The notes beneath the pieces are model-generated. The model searched no databases, was not told the origin of the DNA, and saw nothing but the letters and a program-made list of their open reading frames with translations. Of a stretch of 64,000 bases of DNA, positions 9,659 through 18,992 are shown in pieces (the stretch's first letter is position 1; each line of letters begins with the position of its first letter). Source of the DNA: an uncultured Candidatus Bathyarchaeia archaeon (GTDB lineage Archaea; Thermoproteota; Bathyarchaeia; Bathyarchaeales; Bathyarchaeaceae); NCBI GenBank assembly GCA_964618695.1, contig CAZUDX010000001.1:268886-332885 (forward strand), in the 5' to 3' direction. Made by a program: the position numbers and the translations under genes.

Positions 9659-10867
9659 TTATGTTACTGTTTTGAAGATTTCTATCATTTTTGAGCCAAT
9701 AGCCTCAATGGAGGCTTCATGCTCAACGTATTTTCTTCCGTTCTCGCCCATCGTCTGTGCTAGGCAAGGATTTTGTTTCAGCTCGATCACTGCTTTAGCC
9801 AAAGCTTCATAATCTCCGGGACAAACGATTAAACCCGAATTCGTTTCTTGCACGTAAGCCCTAGGCAAGCCTCTACTACAACAAATTATCGGCTTTGCCA
9901 CTGCCTGATATTCATAAAGCTTAGAAGACATACCACGATAAGGCGTTTTAAAATTTGCGAGTGGCAAAATCAACACGTCAGCTTGACCTAAAAACTCACT
10001 CACGGCTTCCCTAGAAAAGAGTTCGTCAACAATTCGCACGTTCCCCACGTTCAACTCTTTAACCTTAGAACGCATAGAATCCAAAAGTTCACCCTTCCCT
10101 TGGACAACAAACTCCACGTCATCATCTAAATCTTCAATTATCTTGGCGGCTTTGAAAATCTGCTCAAAATCATACGCTATCGAAAAACCTCCCGAGTACA
10201 ACACAACAAATTTTCTATTATTATCTCTCTTTAAGTTGTGAGGCTTGAACACGTCTAAGTCCACGCCGCCCCTTACTACCTGAATTTTGTTTTTGTTCAC
10301 TCCATATCTTGCTATGGTTGCTATGTATCCTGGGCTTATTGGCGTCGCTGCCTTAACTTTAGCAAAGAGCACTCTCGCAAAGAATTCAGCAATTTTTGAT
10401 ACGATCGAGCCTCTTTTCACCAAATCTAAATCGTATAAATCTTCAATTATCAAATCGTCTACATTGGACACTACGCTCCTTTTCTTCAGCATGCTGTAAG
10501 CTAGAGAGGGAAAGAGTGAAAAAACGTCAGGGTTCATAGCCCAAATCACGTCGATTTTTCCAATTATCGGTAAGACAGACAAAGATGACAACGCAAATGA
10601 ACCGAAGGTCAAGAGCCTCTTAAACAAGCCCTTTGATTCTAAAGGAAGAACGAAAGTTCGGATAACTCTGATTTTGCCAAACCACTCCACTTTGAAAGGC
10701 TTATGTTTGTATTCCTTCGGTATCTTCCCATGTGGATAGTGAGGAAAAGCTGTAACAACAGTGACATTGCACCCATTCATGGAAAGACCTTTAGCAACGT
10801 TATATGCTCTTGTTGCAGCCCCTCCAAGGTCAGGAGGAAAATATTGTCCGATTATGAGCACATTCAA
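9659..10867 (-). CDS. Glycosyltransferase family 4 (WcaI/WbuB-like)
   Basis: 402-aa ORF. The N-terminus MNVLIIGQYFPPDLGGAATRAYNVAKGL...VVTAFPHYPHGKIP is characteristic of the WcaI/WbuB subgroup. The C-terminus has a GT4-like PLANFKTPYRGMSSKLYEYQAVAKPII. Confidence 0.8.
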   Translation of the reverse strand: MNVLIIGQYFPPDLGGAATRAYNVAKGLSMNGCNVTVVTAFPHYPHGKIPKEYKHKPFKVEWFGKIRVIRTFVLPLESKGLFKRLLTFGSFALSSLSVLPIIGKIDVIWAMNPDVFSLFPSLAYSMLKKRSVVSNVDDLIIEDLYDLDLVKRGSIVSKIAEFFARVLFAKVKAATPISPGYIATIARYGVNKNKIQVVRGGVDLDVFKPHNLKRDNNRKFVVLYSGGFSIAYDFEQIFKAAKIIEDLDDDVEFVVQGKGELLDSMRSKVKELNVGNVRIVDELFSREAVSEFLGQADVLILPLANFKTPYRGMSSKLYEYQAVAKPIICCSRGLPRAYVQETNSGLIVCPGDYEALAKAVIELKQNPCLAQTMGENGRKYVEHEASIEAIGSKMIEIFKTVT

Positions 10868-10938
10868 TTTGGTTTCATCAGTTCAAAAGTTTCATTTCTG
10901 GAAATTGTTGGCTCATTAGGATGATTTTGAGTGATTCG

Positions 10939-13002
10939 TTAAGAAAGCGGATGGAGTTTTGGTGCGGAATTGATTTTTTTAATGGCTTCGTTCATATCAA
11001 AATCAATTGCTTGTCCGTACCATTCAATAGATTTGAAGCGTGGCTTATTCTCTTCTATTATCAGCTCATAGGCTTCTTTTCTATCTAATTTGCCCTCACG
11101 TATTTGGTGGCTTCTGAAAATATCGAACTCTGTGAATCCCGCCATGGTCATGTAGATGTAATTGTAGAAGGATGCTGTGCCGTCGTCTATACGCCAGGTT
11201 GCTTTTGTGTCAGTTTCGTGTTCCCAATCAAATTTTTCAGTTATTTTTGACAGTATTTTCTTTTCGCGCCAGTCTATGTAATGGAACAAATACAGATAAT
11301 CATCAGGTATAACATACGTAGAATAGTAAGCGAACAGCGTATCTATGATTGATCTATTTATGTAAGCAGGATTTGCAAGGTATTGCTTTAGGTAATAAGA
11401 CATAATCTTCAACTTGTCGACGAATGAAATTCCGGTTAATCTACTCAAGGCTTTACTCTTGCCTTGATTTACATTACAAAAGCCATACTTGAAAAGCCCA
11501 GTGCCTTCCTCTGCCTCGTAACCACCACAGAAAACGAAAAGTTTGACGCCGGTTTGTTTCCGAATCTTGTGAAAGTAGTAGTAGAATTGTTTATCGCCCG
11601 CCATTAATAAGGGAACCATCCCCAAATCGGGCTTCCTCAGCCAAGCCCTCAGATTCTTGCGAATATATTCCCTCTTTGTTCTAATGTCTGCAGAAACAAC
11701 TATTTGTTCAACGCCCAATTTTCCGCATACCCGAGCTTGGTTTCTGCGGGCAAGGTCATTAACCATTCCCCAATCATAAGTGAAAGCAATCGGATGCATG
11801 TTCAGATGGTTTTTAATGTAATCCAATCCATAGGCACTGTCTCTTCCGCCACTGAAACCTACAATACAGTCGGGTTCACCCGAATCACTTCTGTACTTTG
11901 AAACAAACTCCTCCAAAGCTTTCTCGCCTTTGAGAAAACTGCCTCTTTGTTCATAGATTCTGCAATAATTGCAAACTCCTTCGTTGTCGAAACTGATGAA
12001 GGGCATAGTTTCTGGCAAAAGGCATCTGGAACATCTTTTCAGTTTATCGCTGTCTTTGTAAAGGTTCTCCCAAGTTTGCATCATAGATTTCTTCACAGGG
12101 TTTTTGAGCTGGTACGAGTCTACGTTAAGAGAATTAACAAGGCAGTTTTGGTCGTAGAGCTCAACAATTTTGACATTCGGAATTTGGATAGTGTCTACAT
12201 TACCATCAGTTCTCAGGTCCTCCAAAGCAAACATACACTTTTTCATCTGGTCAAAGTTTATCAAACATCCTTGCCTTGCTTTGACCTGTGTTACGCCATT
12301 ACCTTTGAACAAGTCTTTAACGTAATCGCTGTTGATGATGTTTTGGAGAATGTATTTTTCTGAAGCGAATATCAGCATTTCTTTATTTTGGCTCATGCTC
12401 GTATAGAGTGAACCGGTGTTTGTTGCTAGCAAAAAGTCATTGGTATCGTCAAATAGTACAGCTACAGACGCTGAACCCTCTATTTCCCCGAAAACACTTC
12501 TTGCCGCGCCTACTATGGATTCGCCTTTTTTTCTGTACATCTGCAGTAGACTAAGAAAAACTTCAGTGTCTACGTCATATTTTCTTTTGAGCGATGGAAA
12601 TGATTTCCAGAGTTCTTTGTCATTTACTATTATTCCATTATGAATTCCAACAGCTCCCTCTTTGACTACCGGTTGGTTGTTGCAATTGATTTCGCTGGGT
12701 CCATTAGTTTGTAAGCGAGAGTGCCCCAAGATTGCGAAGGGAATATTCAGATTACCGTTTGTATATCCTTCACTCGCTATTTTTTTCTTGAAAAGATTTC
12801 GGTATTTGTCTGACTTGACCAATTGGGAAGACGAAATAGGTTCCTTTAGAACATATACTGAATGGTTTACCCTAACTGCAAGTCCTGAGGCCTCTTTACC
12901 CCGCGATTCTGACAACCTGAACATACGATTGGTGAGGCTCGCGAGTTCGTGGGTAGATAGGTGAGTGTCTTTTCCAATCAGGGTGCCAAATATGCCACAC
13001 AA
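10939..13002 (-). CDS. Fusion protein: class-II (Ntn, Cys1) glutamine amidotransferase plus N-acetyl-sugar amidotransferase (WbpG-type PP-loop ATPase)
   Basis: 687-aa ORF. The N-terminus MCGIFG...GHSRLQTNG...HNGII is a GATase-II signature. The middle has a Zn-ribbon (CSRCLLPETMPFISFDNEGVCNYC), then the PP-loop GFSGGRDS and a WbpG-like C-terminal region. Confidence 0.75.
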   Translation of the reverse strand: MCGIFGTLIGKDTHLSTHELASLTNRMFRLSESRGKEASGLAVRVNHSVYVLKEPISSSQLVKSDKYRNLFKKKIASEGYTNGNLNIPFAILGHSRLQTNGPSEINCNNQPVVKEGAVGIHNGIIVNDKELWKSFPSLKRKYDVDTEVFLSLLQMYRKKGESIVGAARSVFGEIEGSASVAVLFDDTNDFLLATNTGSLYTSMSQNKEMLIFASEKYILQNIINSDYVKDLFKGNGVTQVKARQGCLINFDQMKKCMFALEDLRTDGNVDTIQIPNVKIVELYDQNCLVNSLNVDSYQLKNPVKKSMMQTWENLYKDSDKLKRCSRCLLPETMPFISFDNEGVCNYCRIYEQRGSFLKGEKALEEFVSKYRSDSGEPDCIVGFSGGRDSAYGLDYIKNHLNMHPIAFTYDWGMVNDLARRNQARVCGKLGVEQIVVSADIRTKREYIRKNLRAWLRKPDLGMVPLLMAGDKQFYYYFHKIRKQTGVKLFVFCGGYEAEEGTGLFKYGFCNVNQGKSKALSRLTGISFVDKLKIMSYYLKQYLANPAYINRSIIDTLFAYYSTYVIPDDYLYLFHYIDWREKKILSKITEKFDWEHETDTKATWRIDDGTASFYNYIYMTMAGFTEFDIFRSHQIREGKLDRKEAYELIIEENKPRFKSIEWYGQAIDFDMNEAIKKINSAPKLHPLS

Positions 13003-14042
13003 GGTTTCTTTTGCTCCTTAGAAATAACGCGGTTGTCTGTGAGCAGCAGGTCAGTGCAGGATCGAATGTTTTCTCGGTTTTCTATGAACCAGTTGTACAC
13101 TGATTCTAAACCTTTTTTGAATTCTGTGCTAGGTTCGTATTTGATGATATGCTTAGCCTTTTCAACTGAAGCGAGAAGCCTCGTTTTTTTGTCCCAGTTT
13201 CTTCTCTCTTTAAAAACTATTCCAGCATCATTGCCTGTTATTTCGTTGATCCACTTTGCTAGGTCTTTTATTCTGATTTCTCTGCCTGATGCCAGGTTGA
13301 TTGCTTCTCCAATAGCCTCCTTGTAATACGCCATCGCCAATAAACCATTGACAATGTCGCCAACATAGGTAAAGTCTCTTGTTTCATCACCAGAACCAGT
13401 GATTGGCAGAGGTTTTCCGTTAATTGACAGATAGAAAAAGTTGGGAATAACGTTCCTGTATTTTCCTGGGACTTCTCCTGGACCGTACGAGTTGAAAAAC
13501 CTCGCGTTCACAATTGGCAGGTGATACAGATTATGGAAATAGTTAGTGTAGAGTTCACCCAGCATTTTCGTAACTTGGTACGGAGTGTAAAGTTTCATTG
13601 ACACATCATGTTCTTTGAAAGGTATTGTAGAATCTGAACCGTATATTCCGCAGCCAGACGAGGCGTAGATGAAGCGGTCAACACCAAGCAAATGCGAGTA
13701 TTGCAGGATTTTTAGGATGCCCATGCCATTCACCATCAGATCAGTTTCAGGATTATCCACTGAGTTTTGGTTCGCAAAATGGGCTGCCAGATGGTACACG
13801 ATGTCGGGTTTATGCTTGAAAACCATCTTCACTTTTTCATCGTCGAGCACGCTGCCTTTTATGAATTGAATTTTGGGTCCAGTTGGAATATTCCATGTGT
13901 AAGATGAGGAGAGGTCATCCAGTATGATGATTTTTGCAGTGTCCAAAGCGTTCAAAGAGCGGACAAGATTTGATCCGATTGCTCCTGCTCCACCAGTCAC
14001 AAGAACGGTTTTTCCTTCAAAAGCGCTGTATTCTTCTTTCAT
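12978..14042 (-). CDS. NAD-dependent sugar epimerase/dehydratase (extended SDR)
   Basis: 354-aa ORF with the VTGGAGAIGSNL Rossmann motif, YASSGCGIYG, and a YxxxK motif (YQVTK). Overlaps the start of the downstream gene by 25 nt. Confidence 0.85.
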   Translation of the reverse strand: MKEEYSAFEGKTVLVTGGAGAIGSNLVRSLNALDTAKIIILDDLSSSYTWNIPTGPKIQFIKGSVLDDEKVKMVFKHKPDIVYHLAAHFANQNSVDNPETDLMVNGMGILKILQYSHLLGVDRFIYASSGCGIYGSDSTIPFKEHDVSMKLYTPYQVTKMLGELYTNYFHNLYHLPIVNARFFNSYGPGEVPGKYRNVIPNFFYLSINGKPLPITGSGDETRDFTYVGDIVNGLLAMAYYKEAIGEAINLASGREIRIKDLAKWINEITGNDAGIVFKERRNWDKKTRLLASVEKAKHIIKYEPSTEFKKGLESVYNWFIENRENIRSCTDLLLTDNRVISKEQKKPCVAYLAP

Positions 14043-14111
14043 TGCATTAGCCTACTTTTTCCGTGTGTTGCGTTTGATAATGTTCAAAACTGAATCCATA
14101 AGCAAAAGTCT

Positions 14112-15047
14112 CTAATTGCAGTAGGTTTTTCGCATCCATTCGACAGTTAACGGTATACCTTCTTCCAAAGGAACAGTGAGCGTGTGATTGAGGTCTCTAA
14201 CAGCCTTGCTAAAATCAGCTTTTTTATCCCTCGTAGTGAAGGGTTCCCCATCTTTGTAAGTAACATTAGAGTCACTTTTATCCAGATGCTCCAAAACTAG
14301 GTCTGAGACGCGTTTGATTTCGTATTGGCGTTCGCTTCCGAGGTTGTAGATTTCGCCGGGTTTGAAGTTGTCGATGATGTTGGCGAATGTTCTGCAGATG
14401 TCTTTAACGTATTCGAATGTTCTTTTGTGACCAAGATAGACCGTGTAGGGCTCATCATGTAAAGCTTTGTAGATGAATTGTGGTACAACGCCTCTGTATG
14501 GTGTGAAGTGTTCTCTTGGCCCGTAAACGTTGAACAATCGAACCCTCACTGATTCTGTTCCGTACATTGCAGCTGAGTTGAGAATCTGCAGTTCGTTGAC
14601 CCACTTTGCTATGGCATAGTCATTCATTTGTTTGATTGGGATGCGTTCCATGACATTCTCGCTCATGATACCATCGTAGTCGCCGTAGACTTCTGCGCTT
14701 CCAAAGAAGATCAGCCTGAAGTTTTGTTTTTCTTGGAGTTTTAGGATGTTTTTTGTGCCGACAGCGTTTGTTAGCCACAGGTTTTCATAGTATTCTTCGC
14801 CGTTCCATCTGCCGTATTCTGCGGCGGCGTGATAAACATAGTCAAAGGGGTGTTCATCAAACATTCTTTGGACTTGCCGAAATCTGCCCACATCGCATCG
14901 AATGTAATTTTTGGCTTCAGCATGTGTGAGGTCGCATGCCCAAACTTCGTGTCCCCGTTTTTTCAGCTCGATCACTAGGTTTGAACCGATGAAACCTCGT
15001 CCACCAGTCACCAACACTTTTTTCTGTGTTTCAGTCAAATTTTTCAC
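14112..15047 (-). CDS. NAD-dependent sugar epimerase/dehydratase (extended SDR)
   Basis: 311-aa ORF with VTGGRGFIGSNL, FGSAEVYG, and YAIAK (YxxxK). Confidence 0.85.
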   Translation of the reverse strand: MKNLTETQKKVLVTGGRGFIGSNLVIELKKRGHEVWACDLTHAEAKNYIRCDVGRFRQVQRMFDEHPFDYVYHAAAEYGRWNGEEYYENLWLTNAVGTKNILKLQEKQNFRLIFFGSAEVYGDYDGIMSENVMERIPIKQMNDYAIAKWVNELQILNSAAMYGTESVRVRLFNVYGPREHFTPYRGVVPQFIYKALHDEPYTVYLGHKRTFEYVKDICRTFANIIDNFKPGEIYNLGSERQYEIKRVSDLVLEHLDKSDSNVTYKDGEPFTTRDKKADFSKAVRDLNHTLTVPLEEGIPLTVEWMRKTYCN

Positions 15048-16107
15048 CCAATATTTTCATTATTTTTTTTCCAGCATGACCATTACCGAATGGGTTTTCC
15101 CAACAACTGCCTTGTTTTAGCATCATCTTGGCTTTGTTGAGGATTTTCTGAGGGTTTGTTCCCGCCAGCATGTTGGCTCCAACCTCTATTGTTTCGGGTC
15201 TTTCGGTGTTGTCTCGCAGGGTTACACATGGAACCTTTAGAATGCATGTTTCCTCTTGCACTCCACCTGAATCGGTGAGAACCAATTTTGCTTTGCTCTG
15301 AAGCTGAAGGAAGCTAAGATAGTCTAAAGGTTCAACAATCATGATGCCATTCGTTTTCAATCCAAAATTCTGAAGCTGCTTCTTAGCCCTAGGATGAATT
15401 GGAAAGATAATCTTAACTCCAAATTCTTCTTGAACCAGTTCCAATCCTTTCAGGATCGCGTTAAACCTCTCCGGATTATCAACATTTTCTTGGCGATGAA
15501 TGGTAACCACAAAATAATCTTCATTAAGGTCCAAACGGTCTTGCGGCCAAGTTTTTTTGTTGGCGATTTCTAGGTTTTGAAAAACTGCATCAACAATTGT
15601 GTTGCCTGTTACAAAAACTTTAGAGGAGGGCACTCCTTCGCCAAGAAGGATTTTTTGGGAAGTGTCTGTGGGTGCGAAAAGATAGTCTGAACAGTGGTCT
15701 GCTAAGATTCTGTTGATTTCTTCGGGCATGTTTTGATCATAACTTCTTAAACCTGCTTCCACGTGCCCAACTTTGATTCTTAATTTTGCTGCAGCCAACG
15801 CTCCGGCAAGGACAGTATTGGTGTCTCCCTGAACCAAAACTACTTCGGGCTCTTCTTTCCAGAGAACCTTCTCTAAGTCCATAAGCATCTTGCCAGTTTG
15901 TTCACCGTGGTTTCCTGATCCAACATCAAGATTGTATTTAGCACCTGAAAGGTCAAGCTGTTCAAAAAACACTCGGTCCATATTGTAGGAGTAGTGCTGT
16001 CCGGTGTGGAGAATAAAATAGTCTAATCCCAAATTGTTACATTCCCGGATGATAGGAGACATCTTTATGATTTCAGGTCGAGTGCCGAGGACAATAGCTA
16101 TTTTCAC
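15031..16107 (-). CDS. wecB: UDP-N-acetylglucosamine 2-epimerase (non-hydrolysing)
   Basis: KIAIVLGTRPEIIKMSPI...HTGQHY...QGDTNTVLAGALAA...HVEAGLRS...TDSGGVQEE are WecB signatures. I prefer the GTG start at 16107, which forms a GTGA overlap with the upstream stop. The track ORF extends to 16146. Confidence 0.9.
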   Translation of the reverse strand: MKIAIVLGTRPEIIKMSPIIRECNNLGLDYFILHTGQHYSYNMDRVFFEQLDLSGAKYNLDVGSGNHGEQTGKMLMDLEKVLWKEEPEVVLVQGDTNTVLAGALAAAKLRIKVGHVEAGLRSYDQNMPEEINRILADHCSDYLFAPTDTSQKILLGEGVPSSKVFVTGNTIVDAVFQNLEIANKKTWPQDRLDLNEDYFVVTIHRQENVDNPERFNAILKGLELVQEEFGVKIIFPIHPRAKKQLQNFGLKTNGIMIVEPLDYLSFLQLQSKAKLVLTDSGGVQEETCILKVPCVTLRDNTERPETIEVGANMLAGTNPQKILNKAKMMLKQGSCWENPFGNGHAGKKIMKILGEKFD

Positions 16108-16421
16108 TTGTCGGATTCTGCCCCTATGTCTCCGGTTTTCTTGCATCTAAAGATGACAGTGCCACCAGAGGTGTATGGTTCTCCAGGGTCTACGCATTGT
16201 ATGTACGCTTGTTCTTTGTCTTGTGGTTTTGTCAAACCGAGTTTTACTGGGTCAACTTTTTCATCCAACGCGATTACGTAATGGAGCAAAGAAGATAAGG
16301 CGTGAACACAAACAGCGTCAGTCTGTTCTAAGACGATTCTGGGACCAGCAATCACTATTTTATCGCCAATTTTGTGGACTGGACAAGTGCCTCTTATTTC
16401 GCAAACTTCGATTTCTAGCAA
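16104..16421 (-). CDS. Small cysteine-containing protein, TIGR04076-like
   Basis: 105-aa ORF. From memory, the pattern GTCPVHKIGD...AVCVHALSSLLHYV...QCVDPGEP...VIFRCKK resembles the TIGR04076 family. Translationally coupled to wecB. Confidence 0.45.
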   Translation of the reverse strand: MLEIEVCEIRGTCPVHKIGDKIVIAGPRIVLEQTDAVCVHALSSLLHYVIALDEKVDPVKLGLTKPQDKEQAYIQCVDPGEPYTSGGTVIFRCKKTGDIGAESDK

Positions 16422-16445
16422 AACATATCCCTATCAGCGATTTTG

Positions 16446-17396
16446 TTAATGTCCGTTATTTCCGTTTTTCTGTGTGTTCCTCGCAATTGCATAGAGTGTT
16501 ATCGACGTGAAAATGGCGAACATTCCAATTAAAATAAATGCGATTGAAGCCAAGGCAATATTGGTTTCAATGTGATGCTGCAATGTGTAAATTCTAAGCA
16601 TCCATACTCCAAAGAGGATTCCTATCCATAGACTGATGACTCCGGGAACCCCTAAGATTTGAAGGGGCATGTCTTCAACTACTAGTCGCATAATAGACAT
16701 CATTACACTCGTACCTTGCTCGATTGGTCCCATCTTTGAAGTCTTCTCCAATCCTTCGTAGTAAATTTTGGTAGGTACTTCAGCTACTTTGAATCCTTGT
16801 TTTTTTGCATCCATTAAAGATTCTACGCTTACGCCCATTCCATTCTCGAAAAGGTTCAATCCTTCTATGGCCTTTCGGCTGTAAACTCGAAAACCAGACT
16901 GGGCATCGCTGAAACTATGATTGGAAGCCACTCCAGTCAACTTGGTGATCAACTTGATGCCCCACTGCCTATGTTTTGGCACACCATTTTCTTTCTCTGG
17001 TTCAAGGAAACGTGATCCGATAACTACATCTACTTCGTTTTGAAGAACAGGCTTCAAAACAAAAGGTATAGCATTTGGATCATGTTGTCCGTCACCATCC
17101 AAGGTCACCAAGATGTCGGCATTAAGTTCTTTTGCCATTGTGAACAAAGTTTTGATTGCGGCTCCATATCCCAGATTCTTCTCATGTCTGATCACATCTG
17201 CTCCCATTCTTTCCGCAATTTCTGCCGTCATATCTTTGGAGCCGTCGTCACAGACTAAAACAACATCAACATGTTTCTGGGCTTCTAGCACTAGCTTCGC
17301 AATTGTTTTCTCTTCGTTATATGCCGGAATAGCGGCAACAATCAATGGTTTATGCTTATTCAAAGGAAGTTGATCTCTAACTTGAGTCAAAGTCAT
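16446..17396 (-). CDS. Glycosyltransferase family 2, polyprenyl/dolichyl-phosphate sugar synthase-like, with C-terminal TM helices
   Basis: 316-aa ORF with AIPAYNEEKTI, VCDDGSKD, DGDGQHDP, and two C-terminal hydrophobic helices (AglD/AglJ/DPM1-like architecture). Confidence 0.85.
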   Translation of the reverse strand: MTLTQVRDQLPLNKHKPLIVAAIPAYNEEKTIAKLVLEAQKHVDVVLVCDDGSKDMTAEIAERMGADVIRHEKNLGYGAAIKTLFTMAKELNADILVTLDGDGQHDPNAIPFVLKPVLQNEVDVVIGSRFLEPEKENGVPKHRQWGIKLITKLTGVASNHSFSDAQSGFRVYSRKAIEGLNLFENGMGVSVESLMDAKKQGFKVAEVPTKIYYEGLEKTSKMGPIEQGTSVMMSIMRLVVEDMPLQILGVPGVISLWIGILFGVWMLRIYTLQHHIETNIALASIAFILIGMFAIFTSITLYAIARNTQKNGNNGH

Positions 17397-17429
17397 TTAT
17401 TCAAACAGTCCTCGTTCGAGTGTACAAAG

Positions 17430-18992
17430 TTAAATCACTTGGAATACTGAGATTCTTCCGCTATCAAAGACTGAAACGCAATCCTGTGGCAATTCGAAGT
17501 TGTACCATCCACTGTCTTCATTCCACCACACAAAATATGCTGTTGTTGCACCGTTTGTGAATGCGAGGTTTGAAGCTTCTTCGAAATTATTATCGAAAAA
17601 GATGGCAGTATGGTTTTTTTCGAGGTATAGCATGGTCCAGAACTGGAAAACATCGTGTATAAGGACCGAAGAGTCACTTGACATATTTTCGTTCAACCAT
17701 CCGAAAGCTTCGATAGTGCCTTGGGTGTCTCTGAGTGGAACTGAACTGCTCTGCATCGTTGATGGGATATATTTGAAGGTGTTTTCTGTTCCAATTAGTC
17801 CGTACTTGCCATCTATCAATGGCCAGGACATGAAGAGAGTTCCAATCACAATGGATAATAGTGTCAGACCTAATGCGAATTTTCTCGTGAGCTTGAACCA
17901 CCCCAAAAATCTTGAAGTGGAAAAAGCTTCGCCGCGCTTTAAAATTTTCCACATGCCATTAACAGCGTAGAACGTGAAGGGGTAGACAAGCATTAACATC
18001 CACCTATTCCAATACAGCAAAGCAGAGAAAGGCATGATTAAGCAACCAAAGGAACCGATCATTAGAAGAAGAGTCCAAGAGCTGAGAACTCTGTCTCTGA
18101 AGTGTCCAACTGCAATTAGAGGCAACATCACCGCGTAGAGCAGAAGAAACAAAGATATAACATGGGAAAACAACTCAGAATAGCTGGCATAATGCTCAAT
18201 CGGATTTAATACCTTCAGATAATCCACCAGAAAGAACAAGCCTCCGGGATGAGGAGCAATTCTATCGCTCACTAACAAAATATTGGATTCCAAATTGATG
18301 TGAAGTGGAAAAGCTCGAAAATACAGGTTACCAAAGAAAACCAAAAAAGCCGGAGTCACAGCCACGAAGAGTCTGTAAGGTATTTGTTCTTTCTTGATTA
18401 AACTAATTGCTGTCAATCCGGCGACTGCAGCAAACAAAGTCACTGAAGCAAGTTCGTGTCCCCAAACAACCAATAAAGAAAGCGAGGACAACAAAGCAAT
18501 GTCTTTCCAGCTTTCATTCTTTTTCAGTAGAGGTATTGTGAAAAGAAGTATTGTTAAACCTAAAATGTTCCGGTAAAAGTGCCAGCTAATACCTAAAGCA
18601 GCTAACTGGACTGCAAAGAATCCAGAAGCCAGTAGACCCTTCGTAACATTCCAACCTAACCCTTTTGAAGCAAAGTAGTAAATTCCAGCTGCACTTCCAC
18701 CATACAACAATGGTGCAACAACCTTCAACAAAAGGAAAGGCTCAACTTTTGTCAAAGAGTATAATGGAATGAGCAAAGCGTAGATGAGCCAAGTATCAAA
18801 AACACTCGTCCAGTGGCTCCAGATTAGCCCGTTTTTCATCCTTGCAGCATAGTAGACTGTGTCAAAGCCAATTGGATTGGGATAGGAAAGAATTTCAGGA
18901 ATGAGTCTGAAGGCAAAGCCCACAAGAAACGCAAGAAATAATCCTTTCCGGAAACCAAGTTGGTCCAAGTTCAAATGCATGTTAGACGTCAA
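17430..18992 (-). CDS. Polytopic membrane protein, GT-C-like
   Basis: 520-aa ORF with about 11 hydrophobic helices. The early loop IGFDTVYYA carries an acidic residue as in GT-C enzymes. The soluble C-terminal ~130 aa tail would be extracytoplasmic. Confidence 0.5.
   Translation of the reverse strand: MTSNMHLNLDQLGFRKGLFLAFLVGFAFRLIPEILSYPNPIGFDTVYYAARMKNGLIWSHWTSVFDTWLIYALLIPLYSLTKVEPFLLLKVVAPLLYGGSAAGIYYFASKGLGWNVTKGLLASGFFAVQLAALGISWHFYRNILGLTILLFTIPLLKKNESWKDIALLSSLSLLVVWGHELASVTLFAAVAGLTAISLIKKEQIPYRLFVAVTPAFLVFFGNLYFRAFPLHINLESNILLVSDRIAPHPGGLFFLVDYLKVLNPIEHYASYSELFSHVISLFLLLYAVMLPLIAVGHFRDRVLSSWTLLLMIGSFGCLIMPFSALLYWNRWMLMLVYPFTFYAVNGMWKILKRGEAFSTSRFLGWFKLTRKFALGLTLLSIVIGTLFMSWPLIDGKYGLIGTENTFKYIPSTMQSSSVPLRDTQGTIEAFGWLNENMSSDSSVLIHDVFQFWTMLYLEKNHTAIFFDNNFEEASNLAFTNGATTAYFVWWNEDSGWYNFELPQDCVSVFDSGRISVFQVI

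Noticed and set aside
4425-18992. AglB-type oligosaccharyltransferase among the large membrane proteins
   Set aside because: I found no WWDYG/WWDxG motif in the 1054-aa, 520-aa or 533-aa polytopic proteins, so I left them as generic GT-C-like.
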